Source of the DNA: Octopus vulgaris
Lineage: Eukaryota
Direction of reading: 5' to 3'
Length of the DNA stretch: 64,000 bases
Assembly (NCBI GenBank): GCA_951406725.2
Contig: OX597818.1
Location: forward strand, 29,574,001 to 29,638,000
A model generated the notes under the pieces. That model did not search any database. It had not been told where the DNA came from and was given only the letters and a program-made list of their open reading frames with translations. Of this stretch, positions 13,675 through 25,800 are shown piece after piece; position 1 is the first letter of the stretch, and each line of letters starts with the position of its first letter. A program made the position numbers and the translations under genes.

Positions 13675-15034
13675 TAAACTTTTCTTCCAGTTAAGGAAGC
13701 TCCGTAAAAGAGATCTATACCTTCATTTTCAAACTAAACATATTTTTAAAACATTTTTTTTTTCCAGTTGTATTCGCTTCATACAGATGGAAAAAAATCA
13801 GTGTCAACTCAAATATCTGCCTCAAAAACTATCCATGGCTATGCAAATCTCATAACATTTAGATTCATGACCAACATTTGATTTTCAGCACATTCAAACA
13901 ACAAATTACTCTATTCCTCTTAACCCTTTAATTGCAGAATTTAACTCCATGGTTATTCAACGAAATATCAACAACAACAAAAATAGAAAAAAAAGTATCT
14001 CAAATGTGTAATTTTTTGGTTTCTTGTTACTTTCTTCCTTACTTGGAACCATTATATTGCAAGTACTGCAGCATCATTTTCAGGAGTAAATTTGGTCAGC
14101 ATTGTTGAGTTTAGAAACAGTCAACTAACGTACTTCTTTTTTTTTTCAAAGAAATTTTGACCTGATTGTAATTAAGGTTACAAATAAGATATCTGGATAA
14201 TTTTTATTGTTTAAAAATCAAAATTCTTTTCTCTGTTCGATTCCAAGTCGATTTTTTTTCTCCGCATTATTGTTTAATTTGATAATTTTCAATTTTCATG
14301 AAACGTCTAAAGTGTGATAAAATGAGTAATGACCAATTTCTATAATTTCTTTTCAACAGCATATCTGTCACCATATCAGGAAGGGAGCCACTCCAGCAGA
14401 TCGAGCAGAAACTAGAAAATATACGTTGAGGTTTTAGATTTAGTCGAGTTTCATTAATCTTGTACCATTTTCCAAAAATTCTTTCATCTGACAGACATTT
14501 CAAAATTTTTGCAGTATTTCTGATGTCTAAGGATGATACTAATGTATAAGTCTTTTCAAATGTAATTCTAGAAAATTAAAGAAACAAATTTACCTTTGTT
14601 TTATTCATTTTACCCCGCCTAAATTTGTCTTTCATACACTCAATTAGAGCTAATTTAGAGGTCATTTGTTTAGCTGATATAGTTTTTGTAATGCAATGAA
14701 CATTTATAATAAAAATAATTTTTTCTTAGTCAAATATTCAGTAAATATTACTCATTTTGCCTTATTCCCATCCTATAAAACTGCTTTCCACATTTAAGGT
14801 AACAACATTTTTGAGTGGATATAATAATATATCCAGATATGCATCAGATCTCAAGAAAGTTAGAAACAAAATATAAAATAAATGAAGAAATAAAATATTT
14901 AGAAGAGACAAATGAAATAATGCAGAGATTTAAAATGTAAACAAGAGAAAACAAGCATAAGAACAATCTTTAAAAGAATTTTATTTGCAGAAGATCAGTA
15001 CTTAACATCACTCAGTGTTATCATCACTGATACA

Positions 15035-15123
15035 GAGTAGTAGTAGTAGTAGTAGTAGAGTAGTAATAGTAGTAGTAGTAGAGTAGTAGTGGTGTTGGTG
15101 GTGGTGGTAGTGGTGGTGGTGGT
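15035..15123. repeat. (AGT)n/(GGT)n microsatellite
   Basis: Direct inspection. Confidence 0.9.
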
Positions 15124-18100
15124 CCTAATCTAGAAGCAGGATAAAAAATAATTATCTGGATGTGATGACTAGCTGAGAACAGTAATAAACCAGGCATCAA
15201 AGATTTACAAAGGCAGCGACAGCAACAATGGTAATGGTAGTGACGGTCTTCATACTTTATATATCATTAATAATAGTAACAGTTGTTGTAATATTGTAGC
15301 AGCAGCAGCAACAACAATAGAAAACAGTTGGATTGGTGGCAGATCAGCCAGTAATGTAGAGTCAATTGAACCAATCAACTGAACCAGGTCTAAAAGAATA
15401 AGAACCAGGTTTTCCATGGGAGCAATCACAGCCCCAACTTCAACAGCTATCACAGATTAAATCTTTCATGAACACACACATACACATAGCTTCTCTCTCT
15501 CTTCTTCACACACACACACACTCACTCTCCCACCCACACACACACACACACATATATACACACTCTCACTCTCTACTACCAACATTGTTAGTCATAAAGA
15601 GGAGAAAAAATGCAAGCAAGTGTTCGAAGGAGAGATAAGTTATGAAACTAAATTGTAAAGAAATAAAATAGGGGCGGGGGATGATGAACGTCACATCATA
15701 TGGCTCTACAAACCAATGTTTTAAACTAGTAGACACTTTCAAAAGTCTACATTTGTGGAGGGTGGTATTTTATATGTTACATGTTTACTTGTAATCAAGT
15801 AACTACATTAGCAAAATTTAATACTTACATGTGTGAGTGTCTGCATACACATATATACATACACACCACATATATAACTTTTTTAGACATATAGGATTCG
15901 AATATTGCATATACATCCAGCAATATTCAATAGCTTCAAAAATGAGCAGGGCTTAAATTTCATTTTTTTATAAACCTGCCATACTTGAAAAAAAAAAAAA
16001 ATCAAATCTATCAACATTGAAGCCATAAATTGCCATATTTTTGTTAAGATTTTTTTTATATAATTTAAATCTCTTAATTTATCACAGACATCTTTTTCAG
16101 CCAATAGGTGGACAATTTCAGTATATGGCATATTGTCAATGTCATTAAGAACTGGCTGAATACCTGTTCCCTGTACACAAATGTCAAGAACAACAAATCT
16201 TAACCAATTTAAAAAAAAATTGGTGGAACTATGTTTTCTTGGTAATTTTTTTAAACTTTTTTTCATATTGTATATAAAAAAATATTATTTATTCATTAGT
16301 CCATTATTCATATCCCATGAATAATGACTTCCATAAGTACCAAAAAGCAACTCCAAACTTCTATTGGCTGTGGACTGACCGGTGCACTCTAATCAACAGA
16401 GTCGCAAATTGCACAAAACATAACCTGTGCTGATCCTAATGTTTCATTGTTTTCTGTAACTGAAGTAAAGATATAAAGTGTCTACACCTTGAAGTGGAAA
16501 AGTTAAGAAAATACACAAAAACTGGTTGAAATTGCCAATAAAAAAAAAACTTTAGGGGGTGTTAAATGTTTTCTACGGGGAAATTTACTGATGAACCAGT
16601 TTATGGCTTGTTACTAAATTGCTAGCAGCTGTCAGTGATAACATGATGAGTTATCAAACAACTTTATACAATATTATTCTGAGACTAAGATGAAAAATAT
16701 TTATCTTAATACTAAGAAATTAGAAAAATGTTTCAATGCCACTGAATGGAGCTAATTTAATTCCCACATTTTATACACATGTGGAAGAGAATTGAAAATG
16801 TTTAAGTTATCTTCCTTTTAGTATACATCAGATTAGCATGGCCATAGGACAGGGAAGTGAGGAGAGAAATTTCAGTTCATCTTGGTAAATTGTGAAGATA
16901 CATATGTATATAAATATTTACAAATTTTCAAAAAAATGAACTTCATCGTTGCCAATTAAATTTATCAACGTGATAATGATTTTTTGGTATCTTGCAAATC
17001 AATCCCAAACTATTTGACCAAGGGGATTATATGCAACAAAAAAGAAATCTAACATTGTCACCCCTTCCCCCCAGAGATTTCAATAAAATAGGCAAAAAAA
17101 ATCTTTTTCAACCCTTTAACAACCAAAGGCAGTCAATGAAAACTCCTTGCTTCCATACTGTACTGCAGAATAAACATATTAGAGAAAGACCCATACTATG
17201 AAGGCTAAATGTACAGAGCTGAATCAGATTGCATCCTTGGGTGATTTGAAGAAAGGTTAAACAATTCCATAATATTGACATTTTCCAGAAGAGTTTTAAA
17301 AACAGTTAACTTAAGAAACACCTTTGACAATAATAATAATCCATGCTAAAACAAATTATAATAATAAACGAGTACACACACACAAACTATGAAATAAAAA
17401 ACCTACTTAACATTATCATTTGTTGAAAAAGACTTTTGCATATCAAGAAAATAGCCACAAAATGAAAAGTGTGAAAAACTTTCACTTAAGCTAGAAACAA
17501 CTTTGTAGCAAACATCCTCAAAAAGTATCATTAGTCTCACCTACTAAAACTATTAATACATTCTAGTCTTTTAAGAAAGACAAAATTAGAGTAAAAAATT
17601 ACAAATGCCTAAATATTGAAGTTGCAGGAAAATGTTATTTTGTTATCAATGCAAAAGAAAGTAAACTTTTACCTCATTTTGTAAAATCTAAACTGGAGAT
17701 GTTTCTACAGAATAACATAAATGCAAAACAAGATCCTAGTGGGTGGAATGACAGGAAAATTGCATTGTTAATTTAAGTACATGATATTTTAAATATTCAC
17801 AAACAGCAGAATACTCCTCTAATTCTAGATATCTTACTTCTAAATGTCAGTATAATCTAAGATGTAAACTTTTTGTATTGCATATAAGAAACAAGATCCA
17901 ACAGTTGATTAATCAAATAAAAAATAACCATCAAAAAGTATCAGTGACGTGTGTGTGTATATAAAACAAACTATCAAAAAAAAGCAAAAAGGGAAGTAAC
18001 CTATTTCAAGACACAAATTCGGAGAAATGGCAAATTAAACTCAAAAGTCGTAAATTCAGGTAACTAAATTCAAGGATGTAAACTAATGTCCTCCACCCAA

Positions 18101-18667
18101 CAAGACAATAAGCGCACTGCCTTCCTGAAATCTACTAGTAGCATGGAGAAGTTGTAGAAAACAAAACAATGACAATAGATATTGTAGGTTAACATGGAAA
18201 GCAAGCTAACAAGCTATCATTATTCTTAATGAGCTGCTCGTACATAATTAGATAAGTAGCAGCAATTAACTGGACATTTCCAAGGGTTCTTTCATTGATA
18301 GATGTCTTGGAAAATGTAGAGTAAAACATCCTACCACTTTACTATACATATTCTAAATATTCAGATGACCTAAATATTTTCACACTTCAATTTCAGCACA
18401 AAAAATTCAAATAAAGAATGAACTGAAACCAGAAGGCATCGAATTGGGAGAGGGAGATATATATTCATATTATGACAATAAAGAATAAATTATAATATTA
18501 GCTTAATGAGGCATAAAACTTTAGGTATCATGACCTAAAGATACAATGCAATGCTTGCAGCAGGAAATGAACTTTAGGAGTTTACACAAGTTCAGTACCT
18601 GATCAACATAGACATTGAACGTCATTACAATAGTAAACAATACCAGTCAAAATATGAATATTATGCC

Positions 18668-18668
<1 letters not shown>

Positions 18669-18706
<38 letters not shown>

Positions 18707-18748
18707 TGTGTGTGTGAGTGTGTGAGAGTGTGTGTGTGTGTGTGTGTG
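18669..18748. repeat. (TG)n microsatellite in the putative 3' UTR
   Basis: Direct inspection. Confidence 0.95.
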
Positions 18749-19716
18749 CATACACACATGTATGTGTACAGCATGTGTATAATATAACAAAAATTGCCTA
18801 TTATCAAATAAAATTACTGTTTGTGAAGAAATCCATAACAAAATATTTGTGAGGAGGGGGTAGTCGACTGCTTCAGGCTTTCTTCGGTATGTAATATATA
18901 TTGTTTTAATTTTTATGGAAATTTTGTTGTTGTGTTGTGGGAGGGTGTTTAAAAATAAAATTAAGTCTCATTGCAAATCATTCCAACAAACAAAGCAATC
19001 ACACTAGAGAGAAAGGCAACAAGTTGATAGGAGCTTAAAAATATAATTAAGTCAATAGGATTTGGCTGTGTTTTTGTAGCTAGAGATGGCTTTTTCTTTT
19101 TAAATTGTAGATTTCAGGAGAAATCAAATATAGGGAAAAGTAAAAATCAAAACAATAAATAAAATGGAATGAAATGAAAGATAGCATACAGAAAGGTCAA
19201 ACAAAAAAGATTTGAAGTAAATGAACCATTGTTAATCCATAAGAACTGTTTTAAATAAAAGTTTCTAACAATTAAAAACTTTCTCCACTGAGAATCAACA
19301 GTGGCATGAAGTATTATGGGGGGAAAATGAGAAGAGAGATTTGTGAAGAACAAAACTGAGGAGGGTCTAGCAGAACAGAAAAAAAGGACTGTTTGATAAA
19401 AGAAGTGGAAAGGAATAGGAGGTAATAGAGCAGAAGTGGTGACAAGACATAGGTGTTAAGAGCAAATTAGAAGCTAATAAAATGAAAATATTCATAAATG
19501 ATAAATGAGGAAATAAAATATCTAACATAAGAGGAAGAGAAAGCAGCAGCCAATCCTACTGAGCCAGTTAGGCCCAATAGCAAAGTTTCAGGTTTTGCAA
19601 TAAAGACTTGCCATTTGGCATTGTTTACAGGTATGTACATGAATAGTTGCTGGCATAACAGAAGTCCATTGGCAAAAAAACAGTTTCTTTGTGATACACC
19701 AGCAATCAGAGAAGAT

Positions 19717-19805
19717 TCAAGGACCCATCTGGCCGAAGTTGAATGATGATGGCACATTAATATTTGCAAAGACATATCCTCCACTCTGTTCAATTCTCTT
19801 CGATT
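19717..19805 (-). CDS. IPO7: IPO7 last coding exon, [29 protein letters not shown]
   Basis: cag acceptor at 19808-19806, TGA at 19719-19717; conserved importin-7 C-terminus. Confidence 0.96.
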
Positions 19806-22800
19806 CTGAAAGAACAAAATTGTAACAATTTTAACAAAAACCAAACAAGCAAATGTTTTCTCATACATAAGTAAACACATATTACATTTATACTTCACAT
19901 CACAATTAACAGGCAAACAAATGTACAGCAACAATTTATTCTGGTGGGGTTTTTGTCTGAAGTCTCCAGTATCTGATTTTAAACTTATAAACTTTTAAAC
20001 TTGACAGTAGTTCAACAATGAGAAATTCTCGTTAATACAATATAGCCAATTTGTTGGGTTGATTGACTGAGTAATTTATGCATAACTGGTTAAGAAGCAT
20101 GCTTCCCAACTGTGCAGTTTCAGGTTGATTCCCACAGTGAAATACCTTGGGTAAATGTCTTCTAAAACCCAGGGCCAACCAAAGCCTTGTGAGTAGATTT
20201 GGAAATTGAAAGACGTCTGTCATGTCTTGACATCACATTATGGCTGTAATGAGTGATGTTTTGCTTTCAATCTGTGAAAAACATGTCTGGTTATGAGAAA
20301 TATTAGCTTGCTTGGAACAGGTAAAGGTTGATAACAGAAAGGGGTTGCAGAAAATCTATATCAACAAATTCCAAGTGGCCCAAGCATGCATGGAAAAGTA
20401 GACATTAAAAACAATGTTGACTACCTAAACCTGCAAAGCTGATACATTCGCCTAATAGTATAATTACTATGACCACTTAGGAGAAGCATTGCAAGACCCC
20501 CATATATTCACTAATACCACTTTTATTAAAGCTAGACAATAAGTAGCTGATCCAATTTAAGTTCTTCCACAAGCACAAAAGACACAGAACAAAATAATTT
20601 TCAGGTTTGATATATAATTCTCAGGAAGGGATACCTGCAGTAGTAAACAATACTGTTATCTAGGATTAATCTTAACCCTTCAGCATTCAAACTGGCCAAA
20701 ACTAATTCCCCTCTATTTGTTCAAACTGGCCAAATCCAGCCATATCCGACTGCTCTACGAAATTGCTAAAAAAATAAACAGATCACATTATTGAATTCTT
20801 GTAGCTTTGAGATAATGCAAGATGAAGCCTTTTCAGCCTTTATTCAAGTATAAATACTGTGAAGTTGTTTAGACCACATGGTTTTTGCAACGTTTGAAGA
20901 GAAGTCTGTACCTTAGTTTTTAATGAAATGGCATCAGCAAGTAGCGATTCCAACTTTGAAGGTTTTACGCTTGGCAATATAGAAAATATAAATGAAAACA
21001 AGACTATTTTGTCTTCAGATGAATCTGATATCAATATTAGTGAATATTTGGACAGGGAGGATTTTGAGAACGAAAGTGATGAAAATGATATCGTAAACAT
21101 AGCAATATGGTCAAAGATTACAACACCAATCACTATTCCTGATTTTACAGAAAACACTAGTCCACAACATAATTTACCTCCTGATGCTCAACCATTGGAC
21201 TACCTATTTTTATTTTTACCAGAAAGTTTTTTTTTTAAATGTTATGGAGGAAACAAACAAATATGCACAACGTATAATTTCTATTCATGGAAGAAACGAT
21301 CCACTATGACAGCCAACTTACACTGCGGAAATGAGAGCGTTTTTCACAGTCAATATTATGTTTGGTGTTAAACAGCCTCCTCAACTGTGGAACTACTGGA
21401 GTCCTGATATAAGTTAAGGTGATCAGTATATCTCAAGTATAATGTTGAAGATAAGGTATTCGAAAATATCCCAATATTCCCATTTAATTGATTCTGCTAA
21501 TGCCCCCAACAAAAACGACCAAACTACGATCCCCTGTACCAAATACATCCTGTAATTGATTTACTTGTAAATAATTATAAAACTGTATTTACCAGGGGAA
21601 AATCTCAGTGTAGATGAAAACATGATTGGCTATAAGGGCAGAGTACATTTTCAGCAGTACATGCCTGCCAAATCCACTAAATGGCGGATCAAGGTATGGG
21701 AAGTTTGTAAACCAGACACTGGATATTGTGTAAACTTTAATGTTTACATAGGTAAAAAATATAATAGAAACAGACCAAATGGATTGGGACATGATGTAGT
21801 ATAGTATTTTACTGAACCATTTCACCATCAGCGCGACACCTCTATTTTGACTGTCCCAGTGAAATGAAAACAAAATTAAAAACAAGAGGGGACATTTTAC
21901 AAATGCAAAAGGAAAATTTATTAACTACGGCTTTCAAAGACAAAAGACAGATTTTAGGGCATCCAGCTGTAGAAACTCTGCCAGATCAAGATTGGAGCCT
22001 GGTGCAGCCATTTGGTTTGCCAGTCCTCGGTCAAATCGGCCAACCCATGCTAGCATGGAAAGCGGACATTAAACGATAATGATGATGAGAAAGATCAGCT
22101 AAAATTATCTAACTATAAACCACTGGCATATAAGCACCTATTTGCAAAATTTCAAATCTGTATGTAGAAAATTAAAGTTACAAGCAAATATTGTGGACAC
22201 AAAACTTGAACCTGAATAAATCAAAATTAATGTGATCAGATAAGCATTACATTTGACAAATTAATCCGAACACTAAAAGGTTAAACCAATCCATGTAGCA
22301 AACCTAAGTATACGAGACAGTTTTACCAAACTAAACACTAGCAGTAGGAAGAATTGCTAGTGTCCACTGAAATTTTGTAAAATCAACAATGATGGTTTGG
22401 CAGGGGGGGGGGGGTACAACCAGGGATGTATATTCTAAGTGCGCTAGGTGTGTACTGCAACCCCTTCGAAAATGGCAAATTATAAATATTAATCTTACTC
22501 ATTAATTTAATCTCAAATCACAATGGAAAATTTTTGTTATACTTCTGCTCGAAATTTGGTGGTGGATGTCCTGAAATAACACGGTACACCTCACACCACA
22601 TTGTATCAAGATATGGTACCAAGTGTATTGGGAGAATGGCAAAAAATCAATGGCAAAGGGTTACAACAGTTTTGACAGCACAGCTGCACACTCATTTCCA
22701 TGGCTTAAAGTTGTATGTTTAAATTGATTTAAAATTCCTAAACTAAAACTAATTTTTTTTTTTTCTTACAATATCATCATATAACTTTCATCTTAATCCA

Positions 22801-25800
22801 TTTTCACAACTAATAATATACTTTTAAAAGTCAAAAAACAAAACTTAAGTCAGACCGAATTCTGGCGTTAACACACCAAATACTTGGGCAGTATCAGAAA
22901 TACAGTTTGTATGCCTAATTTGAGTAATACTAATGTTAGTCATAGCATAGGGTCAGTGTGAGAGCACACCCAATGACAACCACCAACATACATACACATG
23001 CCACTGGACACAACAGTAAAATGTCAGATGGCATTATCAGAGATATAACACTAGAAAATAATCACAAACTGATTAAAGTGAGCTGCATTAGAAATATGAT
23101 TTGCTTTAAAAATGACACTTCATACATCAAGAAAAAGCACATACATCACAGAGGCATAAAGCCACTGGCTCCTATCTCTGCCTTTTCTACCACTACTATA
23201 ATGGCCTCTACTCCTCAAAAATAGCTGCGTTCATGCTGCTTTCATTCCTGCACTCTTATTTTACTTATCTCTCCTCCTATCATCACCCCCTTGTTATGCC
23301 CAACTATCAGACCCCCACATTAACCACTATATCTTGTCCTTTTTTCCAGAATGCCATCCCTCTAGAATCCCCTCCTTGTTCATATCTTCCCACAGTTGTT
23401 GATTTAGAATGGTTCAAGAGGAACTTTAATGCATTGAGCTCACTAGTCTAAGAGGATGGGCACTGCCTCAAGCAAAATAAACACACACACAAGAAGGAAC
23501 TATTTACATCAAACAGAACATATTTTGTCAGTATCTCAGATACTGAGAACTGTGAACCGGTTGAGATGGGATTAGAAGTGAATGCAGAGAGACCATTGAT
23601 GATAAATAGGAAAGGGGATGATAAGAATGAGTGAATGCAATCAGCACTTCTTTAAACAGTTGTCCTCATGCATAAGCGACACATGCCCATTGCCCAGTTT
23701 TGTTTTTTCTCACAATTGAACTCTGCCATTCATGCACATTTAGCAGAGCATGCTTGCTTCACTTCTTTCCAATCTTGTGTCCTCTACTTTCAGAGGCCCA
23801 TGTCTAACTATCATGTAGCATTGCAGTTTGTGTGTTTCCCACAATGATTAATAGTTCTCTGAGCTTTTTCCAACATGCTCTTATTCTGGGCTACTATACT
23901 TTCAGATTCTCGTCCTCTGCTAATTAGGTCACTGGGTAACAGAAGCTATCTACTACTGCTTGGGTATTTGAGAAAATATATTATCCTTGTGTTTTTAGTG
24001 ATTATTGCTTCTACAGACAAAACTTTTCAGAAAAAAATTTGTTTGTTTTTTTTTTATTTCCTCAACCCACCTGCTGCAGCTCTCCGTTGTTCAGACAAAC
24101 GAAATACTTCTTCCAATTCTTTAGCTTGGTAATCATGAAGACTAGAAGTCAAGGCACTGTACCAGGTAGGATCTGCTGTCTGAAGGGCTGCAAAAGAAAG
24201 GTTATATTTGAAACGGGTCAGAAAATTATGTAAAGCTTGTGATATATCAAAGATAATTTCCTTTTTTTAGCATATTTTAAACTGATGTTACTAACTCAGC
24301 CATATGAATTTAGTAACATCCTCACTTGAATGCTATTTCATTTATGACAATTTTTTTAACATTGTATTCATACAACTTTACAATAGGTACAATCTGAACA
24401 AAATAAAAACTCATAACTTCATTTACTATGAACCGTCACTATCTGGAATAGGTGCTGCTATTTTACAAGTTACTTAGCATGTTGGATTTGTGACATTATC
24501 ATAAACCTGTCCTGGAGAACCAAATTTCTTGGTCCAGACCATAGTCTACGTGCTTGGGATTCAATTTACAATCAGAGTATGTAATGGATTCACTTGAAAG
24601 AAGATTTGATAAATGTATTACCATGTTAAATAACTTGTGTGTCATACAAGCACAAAGTATATGTAATATATTTACTCTTGTAAACCTCAACTAATTTAAT
24701 ACTAACAAATTATAGAAGAACAACATAGGGGAAATATGCTTTTGCTTTGCTCTGAGAAATGAAACCCAACTAGTATAAACATTTAGAAATTTGTAGCAGA
24801 TGAATTACTTCCAAGAGAAATTATATTTTCTACTGTTTTCATTTTAACATTCATTTTTGAGCTGATAGTTGGACAAGTGTGAAATGCAGGATCACCCCAT
24901 GCAATTCTTATAAAATGAATTAAATAGTATTGTAGAATACCAATTATTTTATTATTGTACAGGTTTCAGTCATTATCCTCAGCAAGAAGCAATGCTTTGA
25001 AAGATACAATTAAATACAACTTCAGTATTTAACTCGTACTTATTTTGACCTCAAAAGGCAGACAGGCAAAACTGACTAAAGCACGATTTAAACTTAAAAG
25101 AATATAAGCTAATGTCACCTAACATGACAACAAACATGATTAATCTTGGTCTCAAGCAAAAGCCTGTCATTAAAGGTTAAAATATTCCTTAATATGAAGC
25201 ATTTTAACAGTCTCTACTAACAGAATTAGCAGAAACTAAGAAACTAACTAAACGATGCACTCTAAATTCAAAGCAATAAAATTTTAAATGATAAATCATC
25301 ATCATCATCATCATCATCGTGTCTTAAATATATAATTCAAAGGCGCTGTGTAAAATCAATATGCAATGGAATCAGCTTTCCAGGCTCTTTAACCCTTTTA
25401 ATACCACTTGTCTAAAACTGTTCTTGGTTCTATAAATTTCCTATTTTACAGTGATGTAAATTAAAACCTTCCTTCAAAATTTCATGTTAATTTGTTCCAA
25501 ACACCAAGTGACAAAAATTATTTTACTAAATTAATTATTTCAAAATTAATTGAAACAAAAGCACTGTATTTCAACAGAAATATAGTAATGAAAGGGTTAA
25601 GATATCATTAATATTCTAGTTAGAAATTCTATATGCCTGATCAATATAAGAATACCAAAAGTAAATTATATAAAAGAAAAATTACAACACTTACAAGTAA
25701 GGACATCCTTAAATACAATATATTCATCAATAAGACAGTCTTCATCATCCAAAGGAGTCAAATAACTTTCTAATGCAGTTTCATCGGCACCATCTTCTGT

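Larger units (their letters stand above)
14600..19716 (-). other. Probable long IPO7 3' UTR (end not fixed)
   Basis: No recognisable transposon over about 5 kb; U-rich on the minus strand. Minus-strand AATAAA at 16288-16293, 14980-14985 and 14600-14605. Confidence 0.5.

Noticed and set aside
14267-14560. 78-aa minus-strand ORF, possible TE remnant
   Set aside because: No motif I can assign with confidence.
19467-19934. 155-aa ORF in the provided track
   Set aside because: Out-of-frame overlap with the last IPO7 exon and UTR; no recognisable protein.
20928-21804. Domesticated PGBD gene nested in IPO7
   Set aside because: Frameshifts, stops, a LINE insertion, and multiple similar TIR-bounded copies indicate dead transposons.
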